Below, piece by piece: positions 1-13,119 of a stretch of DNA of 64,000 nucleotides. The translations under genes and the position numbers were made by a program. Source of the stretch: Eledone cirrhosa. Taxonomy: Eukaryota. Within the stretch, counting starts at the first letter, position 1. Each line of letters opens with the position of its first letter. The DNA lies in the NCBI GenBank assembly GCA_964016885.1, contig OZ024747.1:56854001-56918000 (forward strand). The letters run 5' to 3'. The notes beneath the pieces were generated by a model. It saw nothing but the letters and a program-made list of their open reading frames with translations, searched no databases and had not been told where the DNA came from.

Positions 1-154
1 CCGCGAAGAGTTTGCTGTCGTTTATTTATCTAATATTTCTTCATAGGTGCCTTTTAATCTTATAGCCTGGTCTAATTGATTTTTTATGTGGTTGATTATG
101 CTAATTGGGAGAGGAAATGGTGTATGTATATTATCAAATGATTCTTTGGACAAT

Positions 155-172
155 TATATATATATATATATG

Positions 173-208
<36 letters not shown>

Positions 209-238
209 TGTATGTATGTATGTATGTATGTATGTATG

Positions 239-307
<69 letters not shown>
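155..307. repeat. (TA)n/(TATG)n microsatellite
   Basis: Direct reading; the RTE fragment begins immediately after it. Confidence 0.95.
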
Positions 308-309
<2 letters not shown>

Positions 310-1488
310 AGAAAGGGTCTCAAAGTCAACCTGACAAAGACTAAGGTCCTCGTAAGTAGACGAGCAAACAGAACCCAGATTCCCTCAGGGAAATAGCCTT
401 GCTCAGTATGTAGGAAAGGTGTAAGTAGGAACTCCATCCTCTGCCCCAAATACAAACAATGGGTACACAAGAGATGTAGTGGGATCACAGGAAGCTTAAC
501 TAAGAATGTAGGCTTCATATGTAGCAGCTGTGCTGGGACAGCAAGCAGCAAATGGCCACAGGAATCAAGCACCACCAAAATCTGGGAGGGCTCTGTAGAA
601 ACAGTAGACAGCTTGTGCTACCTAGGTGTGTGTTCGGAAAGTACAATAACTAGGGTAAGAACAGGATGGAAGAAGTTCAGGGAGCTATTGCCACTGCTAG
701 CTGCAAAAGGCTTTTCCCTCAAAATGAAAGGCAGACTGTATGATGCGTGTATACGAACATCAATGTTATATGGTAGTGAAACCTGGGCGCTGTCTGTAGA
801 AGACTTGCGTAGATTAGAAAGAAACGAAGCTTGCATGTTCCGATGGATGTGTAATAGTAATATTCGCGAACGGCAAAGCATAAACTAATTGAGAGAGAGA
901 GACTGAGCATAAGAGTAATCAAATGTTGTGTGCAGGAGAGGAGGTTGCGTTGGTATGGACATGTGATGTGTAGGAAGGATGACAGCTGCATAAAAAGATG
1001 CAGAGCACTAGAAGTCAATGGAACCGTGGAGTGGGCAGACCCAAGAAGACCTGCAATGAGGTGATAAAAGCCGACCTTACCCAATTGCACCTCTCAAGGG
1101 CGATGACACACAACCGTAACCTCTGGCGTCACGCAGTAATACAGAAGACCCGACTTCCCACGAGTACAAGCCGAAGCTGAAGCATATAGACAATATGCCC
1201 CCACTCCCTCCCATTGCAAAGTGGTCGTGGAGGTGCCACGGCAAAAAAGCACCCAGCCCACACTGTAAAGTGGACGAGTAGGTGCCATGGAAAAAAAGGA
1301 CTCAGCACTCACTGTAAATGAGGTTGGTGTTAGGAAGGGCAACCAGCTGTAGAAATCAAGCCAGAATCAGTTCCCATATGAGCAAGACAAAGTCAGCCGA
1401 CTGGACACTGCCCACAACAGGGCAACCCGTCTAACCCATGCTAGTGTGGAAGAACGGATGTAAAATGGTGATGATGATGATGATGATG
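308..1488 (+). mobile_element. 5'-truncated RTE-clade LINE (family 1): post-RT region, PHD-like finger, C-terminus, 3' UTR and (GAT)n tail; pseudogenised
   Basis: Translates [13 protein letters not shown]...CYLG...RVRTGWKKFRELLPLL...KGRLYDACIRTSMLYGSETW...ERRLRWYGHV...GRPKKT, with stops/frameshifts; these are typical RTE C-terminal motifs; ends in gatgatgat. Confidence 0.9.
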
Positions 1489-1708
1489 GAGAAATCCAAT
1501 AACTTCTTTGAGAATGATTTTCTTTTCTTGATACAGAGGGTCGGCCCGGTGTATGGTGTTGATGCCTCCAAACTTAAAGGTTTTTTTTATGAACTTTCAT
1601 TGTTTTAAAATGTTTTGCCGTGTGAAGAACTCAGACTATCATAACTGATAGTCCTCAGTCATTTTAAATAAACCTGAACCAACTGAATATGGCCTCAAAT
1701 CTTTTATT

Positions 1709-1760
<52 letters not shown>

Positions 1761-1932
1761 AATATACAAGAGAGATAAACACAAATATAAACATACATGT
1801 GTTCGAATTGTAAAGGACCAGGTTTGCTATGCTGAAAAAATACTAACTATGACAATATGGTTTGCCAGACTTAATTTAAAGTAGTAAATTAAGCAAAAGA
1901 ATAACAAACCTATATTGGGCAACTGCCTGAAA

Positions 1933-2014
1933 ACACCTAGACAGTTATAGAAACTATTTCGAAAAATTATTATTAAGTGAAGGCATCACCAACTCTCTGC
2001 TCATCAGTAGGTGT
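1933..2014 (-). ncRNA. Type I hammerhead ribozyme (canonical core, GUC cleavage triplet)
   Basis: Minus strand: ACACCUA-CUGAUGA-[G...C stem II]-GAA-AUAGUU/ucuau/AACUGU-C-UAGGUGU; 7-bp stem I, 6-bp stem III. Confidence 0.8.
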
Positions 2015-2171
2015 AAAAATTAGCGATCCTTTCACTTCTAAAAATATTAGAGGACTGAATTGTGTGCAATATGAAATAACGCATATGTCTTCGGAGCCTA
2101 GCTTGTCTCGAAAACCTATGCCGCTAAAAATAGCAGCCTGGTTAACACAACATTAAAATTAGCTCAACATC

Positions 2172-2320
2172 TATGTATGTATATACATACATATATATAT
2201 GTGCATATTTGTATTATATATATATATAAGTATATATATATACATATATACATATATATACATGCATCTATACACCGCATACATATATATGTATATATAT
2301 ATATACATACGTATGTACAC
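2172..2320. repeat. TA/CA-rich microsatellite
   Basis: Direct reading. Confidence 0.9.
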
Positions 2321-2778
2321 AGGTGTATTTATAAATTGACTACACTTAACTTCTCTGAGATTTCTGTGTGCATCCATAAGTCTGACCAGATGTTTTCAAT
2401 AGGTTGTCATAGTTACTGAGTATGATTGAAAAGCCATTACACGAATAATAATTTTGTTGTTGAGAAACCAGCTGAAAATGTTATCAATCACTTTAAACAT
2501 ATTTACTTCATGTTACCATAGTTACTTGATTCTCTTAAAGCACCAATACTTGTGTAACATATTTAAGTTGATGATTGCTTCTTTAATTCTTTACTTCATT
2601 TACTGCTGCCATGCTGTAGCATTGATTTAAATGGATTTATGCAATCATATTGACCCCACTACTAAGTTTTCAAATTTGGTCATGGATTATTGATCTTGTT
2701 TTTGTTGAGATAAGTTAGGGAGCATAAACACAGTCACAAATATTCACATGTTTGAGCATCCTGCAGAAACATGAATCC

Positions 2779-3021
2779 TAAATCCTTTAGCATTTACATT
2801 ACTCTATATTTACTATTGTATATTCATGGTGAAGGCTTTATCCTACATAGATATCCCACATAATTATCTCACATAACCTTGAGTCTACAAGATGTTGATG
2901 ATGTTATAGTTTATTTTAAGAACGATATTGTAATGTCAGTGTGAGTTGTTGGTTTTGCCCAGTTTCAAAAAGGGGAAAGAAATCTGGCCAGATACAGCCA
3001 GTTTAAATGCTAAGGGGTTAA
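2779..3021 (+). mobile_element. MITE with (TTAA)CCCTTTAGCATTTA-type termini (piggyBac-like, non-autonomous)
   Basis: Ends aatcctttagcattta...taaatgctaaggggttaa; related copies at 3268, 27290, 49215. Confidence 0.75.
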
Positions 3022-3029
3022 CGTAGTTA

Positions 3030-3225
3030 GTTCTTGCAAAGATCCAGAATGTAAAAAGACAGAGGCTTTGAATTACAGGTACAACTCCATTTTGCCAACT
3101 GAATGGACTGAAGGACACAATCCACTGAAATAAAGTGTCTTGCTGAAGGACACAATCCACTGCCAGGAATTGAACTCATGACCTTACGATCAAAGCTTAA
3201 ACACCCTAAGGCCATGAATCTTTGC
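3030..3225 (-). mobile_element. Diverged tRNA-derived SINE (family A-type head)
   Basis: gaaataaagtgtcttgctgaaggacaca...gaattgaactc is the reverse complement of the SINE-A B-box/central motif. Confidence 0.65.
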
Positions 3226-3267
3226 ACATTACTGTTTATACTACAAAGCAATGTATAATACAATTTT

Positions 3268-3489
3268 TTAATCCTTTAGCATTAAACTGGTCGTGTCCAG
3301 CCAGAATTCTCTTACTCCTTTTTGTCAAACTGGCTGTAACTGGTCATTCATACTGATGTTAAAGTATTGTTCTCAAAAATAAATAATATCAGAATCTCCT
3401 AGATTCGATATTATGTGAGATGATTATGTGAGGTAAAGCCTTTACCATGAAAATATAATAATAGAGTAATGTAAAAGGTAAAGGGTTAA
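3268..3489 (-). mobile_element. TTAA MITE, second copy, opposite orientation
   Basis: ttaatcctttagcatt...aaagggttaa; interior is the reverse complement of 2779-3021. Confidence 0.75.
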
Positions 3490-4859
3490 CACCTTCTCCT
3501 CCTCTGAGTGGGTGAGACTCAGTTTACTGTTTCAAATTATTTTATAATGTCTAATATCAAGAATTGTTTTGTTAATCTTTCAGATTGATTTGTGTTGAAT
3601 TGTTTTACTTTGATGAAAAAACAAAATATTTAAGAAGTCTAGATCACTTAAGCTGAAATAATTTTGTTTATTTTAAAATGATCTTAAAAATAGACTTACC
3701 TGATGCCATTCCTTTTGAATTAATATTTTGTTGAGAAACGGAAATGGTTTTCTAGGTTATTTGATATTTAAGGATCTTTGGTCTTAGCATGACAAAGTTA
3801 GTAATTTCCTGTTATAGGATACATAACTGGATATTTTGAGTTGGTAAGATCTGGAATCCAACTTAATGGAGGTGATTTACACCAACAAATGTTAATCCAT
3901 AAAAGTTCATAGATGACACATAAATTACAATGAGTTGCTGAGAGGTAAATGAAAAATTGAATATTTTAGTAAAATAAGAAATTCTTTATTGCTTGATGAA
4001 CAACAAGTGTTCAAAATGTCAGATGTTTTTTTGCTCCTCATGGCACATCGACGCAACGTAATTTTGTTTTACTGTTTAGACAGAGTGGAGGAGGGACATT
4101 ACCCTTAGCAATTTTCTAGGTCCCCAGGTCTGATGAAAGTGAAGGGAGAAGGTATCCTCAAAATAGAGATATGGTTCAAAAGCTTACAACAAATTGCACT
4201 ACAATAAAGTTACCAATGGGTCAAGTGATGATATCAAACTGAACAGTGGATTAAGTTTACCATCCAAGCAGATCACAGTGTAATTTTAACTCAAAATACT
4301 GTACAAAAACTGGAACAAAAACTATAAGGTATCTTGTCAGACACTATCAATTTTATCAATCCACGTCTCTGGACTGATAATTTTTTTCAACCCCAAAAGA
4401 TAAAATGCAGAGTTGGTTCTGGCAGAATTTCAACTCAGAGCAAAAAGAGCCAAATAAATATTGCAAACATTTTGTCCATCACTATCATGGCTCTGCCAGT
4501 TTTACAAACTTTTATGGATATTTAAAGTTAGGAATGAATATTTAAAAGTAGGCAGCTCTTATTCAGCTCACAGGTCTTTATTGTGCTGATGCTGTCATTG
4601 ACATTGTGTTTGGAAATGGATGATGTTACTGCTGACACTGTGGTAGTAAGAATGTTTCCTTTTGTGCATGAAGACAAAATCTTTTAGTTCTATAAAGGTG
4701 TTTTTATTGCAGAATTTTAAAATTTTATGTATGATATTTATAGAATATGTTTCTCAGTGTGAATTGTTTATTGTTAAAAGTATTCAGTACCAACCTGTAA
4801 TGTTTGGAAGGGAACTAACTATGGTATTTTCCCTCTTTATCATTGATGCTGAGATATGC

Positions 4860-5260
4860 TGTTGTTGATGTTGGTGGTGGTGGTGGTAGTAGTGGTGGTG
4901 TTGGTAGTGGTGTTAGTGGTAGTTGTGGTGTTGGTGGAAGTGGTGGTGGTAGTTGTGGTGTTGGTGGAAGTTGTGGTGTTGGTGGTAGTGGTGTGGTGGT
5001 GGTGGTGGTGGTAGTGGTGGTGTTGGTGGAAGTTGTGGTGTTGGTGGTAGTGGTGTGGTGGTGGTGGTGGTGGTAGTGGTGGTGTTGGTAGTGGTGGTGG
5101 TGATAATGGTGGTAGTAGTGGTGGTGTTAGTGCTAGTGGTGGTGGAAGTTGTGGTGTTGGTGGTAGTGGTGGTGGTGGTGTTGGTGTTGGTGTTGGTGGT
5201 GATCGTGGTCGTTATGGTGATGCTAATGGTAATGGTAGTGGTGGTGGTGGTGGTGGTGGG
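4860..5260. repeat. (GGT/GTT/AGT)n trinucleotide low-complexity tract
   Basis: Direct reading. Confidence 0.9.
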
Positions 5261-5459
5261 TTTTGGTATAATTTTAATTTATTTCTATCTTGGTATTGTT
5301 GTTGTTGTCAGTAGACTCCAACCTCTGAACCAATCCCCTCTCCACCCCCAGTTCCACTTGAGTTCTTCACATAATCGGTGTCGCCCATTTCCTTCACGTT
5401 ACACTTCATTGCATTGTACCACTTCTCAACAACACTGCCTTGCTGATGTGCCATCAACA

Positions 5460-5637
5460 TAATCATCATTGTCATCATCATCATCATCATCGTTAGTATC
5501 ATCAAAATCATCATTAATTTCATCATCACTACCATCATCAACAACAACATCATCAATGTCATCATCATGACTATCAACACCATCAACATCATCATCATCA
5601 TCACCAAAATCCCACCACCACCATCATCACCACCACC

Positions 5638-5669
<32 letters not shown>

Positions 5670-6792
5670 CAAAAACATCATCAACTCTACCACCACCACT
5701 AACAACAACAACAACAGCAACAACACCAACAACAAAAACAACACCAACAACACCAACAACAAAAACAACAACAACACCAACAACACCACCACCACCAACA
5801 ATAACAACACCAACAACAGCAACAACACCAACAACAGCAACAACACCAAAAACAAAAACAACAACAACGCCAACAACACCAACAACACCACCACCAACAA
5901 CAACAACACCAACAACAGCAACAACATAAACAACACCAACAACACCAACAACAAAAACACCAACAACACCAACAACAAAAACAAAAACAACACCAACAAC
6001 AACACCAACAACAATAAAAACACCAACAACAACAAAAACATCACCTCCAACACCACCATGAACAACAACAGCAGCAACAACAACGACAACAACAACAACA
6101 ACAAAAACACCACCAACACCACCATGAACAACAACAGCAACACCAACAACAACAACACCAACAACAAAAACAACACCAACACCAACAACACCATCACCAC
6201 CAACAACAATAGCAACACCAACAACACCAACAACAACAATAACAACAACACCACCAACAACAACAACATCAACAACACCAACAACACCAACAACAACACC
6301 ACCAACAACAACATCAACAACACCAACAACACCAACAACAACAACACCAACAACAACAACATCAACAACACCAACAACACCAACAACAACACCACCAACA
6401 ACAACAACATCAACAACACCAACAACACCAACAACAACAACACCAACAACAACAACAATAACACCAACAACAACAACAACAACAACAACCACAACCACAA
6501 CATCCTCAACAACATAAACAACATCAACAACAATAAAAACACCAACAACAACAACAAAAACATCACCACCAACACCAACAACACCACCAACAACAACAAA
6601 AACACCAACACCACCATGAACAACAACAGCAACACCAACAACAAAAACAACATCAACAACACCACCACCACCACCACCAACAACACCAACAACACCACCA
6701 ACAACAACAACAGCAACACCAACAACAAAAACACCACCAACACCACCATGAACAACACCACCACCACCACCACCACCACCACCACCACCACC

Positions 6793-6847
<55 letters not shown>

Positions 6848-6895
6848 CCAACACCACCACCACCACCACCACCACCACCAGCAGTGCCACCACAG
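5460..6895. repeat. (CAT)n-(CAA/CAC)n compound trinucleotide array
   Basis: Direct reading; produces poly-T/N/V/L artefact ORFs. Confidence 0.9.
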
Positions 6896-7280
6896 CTGCT
6901 ATCATTAACATCATTATTATTAGGCAATAAACATTGATGTCAAATAGATTGGAACATACTTCCAACCCACCAGTCTGCCATTTAACATCACATTCTTAAT
7001 TCATCTGTGACATTACAAATATCAACTCCTTCTCCTAATATAATTTACATATATTTTGCCTTTTCTCATTCACTATAACTTTATACCTCTCTTTCTCTCT
7101 TCTCCAACTCCACGTTTAAGCTATGTCATACTTTTGTTATTTTGTATGCTTATATTATTTGTTCTTTTTCCTAATTTTGTTCTGAATTCAAATGTTTTGC
7201 TTTTCTTTTAAATTATATTTTTGCCATACATATACATGCATATATATATATAAATATATATATGTATGTATGTATATATA

Positions 7281-7505
7281 AATCATGATGGATTCAGTTT
7301 GAAATTGGTTAGATCATTACTCAACAGAGTGCTCGATGCTTGTGGCAGTAGAGTATGGGTTTATTATAAAGTACCAGTAATGTACTGTGTAATTGCTGGC
7401 CTTGTGCCAATAGTAGAAACAATTATAAAGAGTAGAGACCATGTCAGGAACTAGCTGTTCAAACAGCAAGAGGTCAGCCATTGGGGCCCCAAGACTTTAT
7501 AATAT
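7281..7505. mobile_element. Diverged copy of palindromic MITE family (see 58238) interrupted by a SINE-B tail
   Basis: cattactcaacagagtgctcgatgcttgtggcagtagagtatgg...aactagctgtt matches 13896-14068. Confidence 0.55.
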
Positions 7506-7593
7506 AAATATATATATTATATGGGTTTCAGAAGATCCTGGAATAGAGTGAAAGCAGTGATGCTTTGCTTAAACTTTAATCTGTACTAATACA

Positions 7594-7624
<31 letters not shown>

Positions 7625-7991
7625 AGTGTCTGTGTATAATATGTTGAGCTTATAAACCCCTAGAGAGAGGAAAAGTAGACAGCATCTCCTGTTGGATTAG
7701 AATTAGACATGTTCTATTGTCTGGCTAAGACTTAGTATATGACATCCCATCTGACCCAGCTGGGTTTGGGAGAGAGATGTATATTGATAGTGAAGATGCA
7801 CTCCCCCACACCCAACTGATAAACCTTCCTGTCCAACCCAATCATACATGCATGTAAAGCTGGATACAATCTACCCTTGCTCTCTTACAAAGCTGGTAAC
7901 CTGACAAGAATCAGCTAGTCTAACCTATAAGAGATACACAACAAAAATATAACTATATATAAATGAAACTTCATCATTATTTTTATTGGTT

Positions 7992-8826
7992 TGGGATAAT
8001 TGCTGGCCTTGTGCCAAAAGTAGAAACAATTATTTTTATTGGCAGTGGGCGGTGAATTGGCAGTACCGGTAGAGGGTCGGACATGCTTTCCATCATAGTT
8101 ACGTCCCTTTACGATGAGTTCAAATCCCGCCGAAGTTAACTTTGCCTTTCATCCATACAGAGGTCGATAAAATAAAGTACCAGTAATGTACTGGGTAATT
8201 GCTGGCCTTGTGCCAAAAGTAGAAACAATTATTTTTATTGGCAGTGGGCGGTGAATTGGCAGTACCGGTAGAGGGTCGGACGCCATGCTTTCCAGCATAG
8301 TTACGTCCCTTTACGATGAGTTCAAATCCCGCCGAAGTTAACTTTGCCTTTCATCCATACAGAGGGCGATAAAATAAAGTACCAGTAATGTACTGGGTAA
8401 TTGCTGGCCTTGTGCCAAAAGTAGAAACAATTATTTTTATTGGCAGTGGGCGGTGAATTGGCAGTACCGGTAGAGGGTCGGACGCCATGCTTTCCAGCAT
8501 AGTTACGTCCCTTTACGATGAGTTCAAATCCCGCCGAAGTTAACTTTGCCTTTCATCCATACAGAGGGCGATAAAATAAAGTACCAGTAATGTACTGGGT
8601 AATTTGCTAGCCTTGTGCCAAAAGTAGAAACAATTATTTTTATTGGCAGTATCGGTAGAGGGTCGGACGCTATGCTTTGACGCATAGAGTTAAGGCCCTT
8701 GCCATTCTGAGTTCAAATCTCGCCGAGGTTAACTTTGCCTTTCATCCTTATGGGGTCGATAAAATAAAGTACCAGTAATGCACTGGTTTATTGCTGGCCT
8801 TGTGCCAAAAGTAGAAACAATTATTA
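7992..8826 (+). mobile_element. Head-to-tail array of tRNA-derived SINE family B (~200-bp unit, 4 copies plus a leading tail)
   Basis: Units start at about 8041, 8240, 8442, 8645; A-box-like tggcagtaccgg, B-box gagttcaaatcc, central gcctttcatcc...gtcgataaaataaagtacc (MetaSINE-like), tail gtagaaacaattat. Confidence 0.85.
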
Positions 8827-8911
8827 TATATATATATGTATATATATAATATATAAATTCAATCAATAAAAATATTGAATTATATATACATGCATATACA
8901 TAAATATAATA

Positions 8912-9095
8912 TAATTGTTTCTACTTTTGGCACAAGGCCAGCAATTTCCCAGTGTATTACTGGTACTTTATTTTATCGACCCCCATAAGGATGAAAGGCA
9001 AAGTTAACCTCGGCGGGATTTGAACTCAGAATGGCAAGGGCCGTAACTCTATGCGTCAAAGCATGGCGTCCGACCCTCTACCGATACTGCCAATA
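8912..9095 (-). mobile_element. SINE family B, inverted relative to the 8641-8826 copy
   Basis: Reverse complement of unit 4 of the array. Confidence 0.85.
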
Positions 9096-9384
9096 TGTAT
9101 ATGTGCGTGTGTGTGTATATACATATATTTATACATACATACATATTCGTAAACATATATATATATATGTGTGCGCGTGTGTATGTGTGCAACTACGTGT
9201 GTGTGTGTGTGTGTGTGTGTGCAACTATATGTGTGTACATCTAGCAAACTACTTTTGAGTACTTTTGAAAATATAGTACCAGGAAAAGTTTTAAAGAAAA
9301 TCCATTCATGAAATCCCAAACAATTACAAAAAGAATATATAAAATATGAAATAGAGTGTAAAGTTTGAACCTAAGAACATGAAT

Positions 9385-9425
<41 letters not shown>

Positions 9426-9689
9426 GTGTGTGTGTGGGTATATATATATATATAGGTGTGTGTGTATATGTATATGTGTGCATGTATTTGCTTTCTATGA
9501 AATAATTCACTCACATGACCCTTTTGAAGAATCATCAATCCTACTCTTTATACTTACAAAAAAATAAATAAATAAAACATAATCTGACATACATAATCAA
9601 AAATAACATATCAAAGTTATTTGAAAAAAAAAATATACAGTTTAAATATACTGGCACTGTGACAGTTGGTGTATTGAAGATAGATGTTT

Positions 9690-10347
<658 letters not shown>

Positions 10348-10629
10348 GTTGTTGCTGCTTTCATCTCATCACATGATGATTATTTAATCGCGACCATTTG
10401 ACACGAACATCTTCACTGCAATTTAAAATAAGATAAAGTTCATCTCACACTTTCCCTTTCGTGAAATAATATCAAGAAAAATATATAGAAATGTTTGCAT
10501 TGAATTCAATTCAATTCTTCTGTCTGTCCCCCATTGATGGTGAATGCTGGTGATGGTAATAATAATAATAACAACATTAATACAATACTGTGAATAACAA
10601 TAGAAGAAGAAGAAGAAGAAGAAGTTGTT

Positions 10630-10685
<56 letters not shown>

Positions 10686-10810
10686 CGTCAAATAATTACA
10701 GCTATATTATTGAAATGAAATTCTAAAAACTGATAGAAATGAAAATATCTTAAAAGATATTTTTCAAATGTCAAAATCTCCTAACATTCCCATACATTCT
10801 ATATACACAC

Positions 10811-10814
<4 letters not shown>

Positions 10815-10871
<57 letters not shown>

Positions 10872-10887
10872 TATATATAAGTATATA

Positions 10888-10929
<42 letters not shown>

Positions 10930-10946
10930 CATATATATACATATAC

Positions 10947-10996
<50 letters not shown>

Positions 10997-11177
10997 GTAT
11001 ATATATGTATATATATATATATGTATATACTTATATATATATATATATATATACATATATATACACACATATATATGTATATATATATATATGGAAGTTT
11101 TTGTGTATATGTATCATCATTGCTTTATGCCTATTTTTCCTTGCCTGTATACACAGACACACAGAGAAATAAATACA

Positions 11178-11225
<48 letters not shown>

Positions 11226-11363
11226 CATATAATATATATATATATATATACATATATATACATATACATATACATATGAATACATATACATACATATACA
11301 CACGCACATGCACACACACACACACACACATATATATATACATATGAATACATATATATACAT

Positions 11364-11412
<49 letters not shown>

Positions 11413-11490
11413 ATCATTATGAATGGATACTAAATGATGGTGATATGTATATATATATATATATGTATGTATCATGTTTATATATTTGTG
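10815..11490. repeat. (TA)n/(CA)n compound microsatellite
   Basis: Direct reading. Confidence 0.9.
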
Positions 11491-11704
11491 TATGACATAT
11501 GACTTTACTGTAGATTCAATATCTATAATAATTATATAATAGCTTGTCAATTTTAAATTCCCTCATTCAATCACGCATTGCATGCATGCAACCATGCATG
11601 CATATTTACTCATTCTCACAAGGAATATTCTGCACACTTATTCAGTTAGTCTACACTGCACATTTATGTAGATTAATGTGAGTGTAGACACACATACATA
11701 CATC

Positions 11705-11736
<32 letters not shown>

Positions 11737-11773
11737 GTCTTCACATTTATTATTGTTGCTATATATATATATA

Positions 11774-12291
11774 TATTGGTAAATGGAATAGGAAATGCTG
11801 ATAAATTGTTCACAGTGAAAAATAGTTTAATTAGGAATAAGTGAGAAGTAGTAATTGTATTGGTTAGTATTCAGTTTTGGTTTTAAGTTTTACCGGTTGC
11901 GCATTTCTAATGCTTTTCAAAAATAATTGTGAGATAGAGCGTCTGTGATGTTTGCTCTGATCTGATTAGTTTTGGGAATTCTACCTGTTTTTATGTTAAA
12001 AAAGTGGCTCCAGCGGTATTAAAATAAGTTTTGCGCCAATTCGTGTTGCAAAAATTCTTGTGGTCAAAACAATTTTGATTGGTCGGTAGAGGTCATGTGA
12101 ATGTAAAAAATTGATTTTGCGGACGCTCTATCTCAAAATTATTTTTGAAAAGCATTAGAAATGCGCAACCGGTAAAACTTAAAGCCAAAACTGATTACTA
12201 ACCAATACAATTACTAATTCTCACTTATTCCTAATTAAACTTTTTTTCACTGTGAACAATTTGTCAGCATTTTCTATTCCGTTTACTAATA
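11774..12291. mobile_element. MITE with ~170-bp terminal inverted repeats, flanked by TA
   Basis: ttggtaaatggaatagg...gagatagagcgtc (11776-11943) is inverted at 12122-12289 (gacgctctatctc...ccgtttactaa). Confidence 0.85.
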
Positions 12292-12324
12292 TATAATAAC
12301 TTGTGTGTTACACCTCTATTCTTT

Positions 12325-12422
<98 letters not shown>

Positions 12423-12559
12423 GTTACCCCCGATTGAACCTGGGATAAACATATATATATATATATATATATATATCCAAACCCATGCAAGCGTGGAACA
12501 TGGACGTTAAACGATGATGATGATGATGATGATGATATATATATATACATATATATATA

Positions 12560-12725
12560 TGAAAAGATTCAAGACTCCGACAGCTGAGCTCTGGCCCTTT
12601 CGACAACTAGATCCGAGCTGACAGAGTATCTAGCTCAGCCATCGAGGTCCTGTATCTTTTCATATTACCCACTCTACTACTCCAAGTATTGAGTACTCTG
12701 GTGAGGAAAGGTCTAGCCAGTTTTT
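12560..12725. mobile_element. Fragment of palindromic MITE family
   Basis: gactccgacagctgagct...agctcagccatcgaggtc...acccactctactactccaagtattgagtactctgg resembles the right half of 58238-58640. Confidence 0.6.
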
Positions 12726-12736
12726 CTCTTATCCTA

Positions 12737-12778
<42 letters not shown>

Positions 12779-13055
12779 GGGATAACAGATTATTGTTATA
12801 GGTAGTCCACTTAGGTGTAGTCCAGTTAGGGTACTCCGAGTAGTGGATGGTATCAATGCTTGACTCAACAAGGCGTTTCCATAGTGATGTTGCGAGTACG
12901 CAGTGATTTCTATGTTGTTTACACTTGGAGTAATGATAAATCAAGAAAGAAGAGTGACACGGTTTGCTATACAATAAGGGCTTTAATCACATTGCTGACA
13001 ATTGTTTCTCTGAACTGGTAGGTCTAGAGATCGCTACCCACCTGTTTCTGCGTCA

Positions 13056-13117
<62 letters not shown>

Positions 13118-13119
<2 letters not shown>

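Noticed and set aside
20-153. Minus-strand open stretch [43 protein letters not shown]
   Set aside because: Only ~43 codons, cut by a microsatellite and the window edge, with no recognisable motif; possibly a TE remnant
1622-1662. Hairpin gactatca/tgatagtc preceded by ctga on the minus strand, resembling a decayed hammerhead
   Set aside because: Lacks GAAA and an intact core spacing; cannot be supported
5308-6965. Long Val/Gly, Leu and Asn/Thr ORFs
   Set aside because: (CAA/CAC)n array open in several frames at once
12780-13060. TA-flanked unique cassette with GAAAC...GUC on the minus strand
   Set aside because: No CUGANGA core found; probably an unidentified TE fragment
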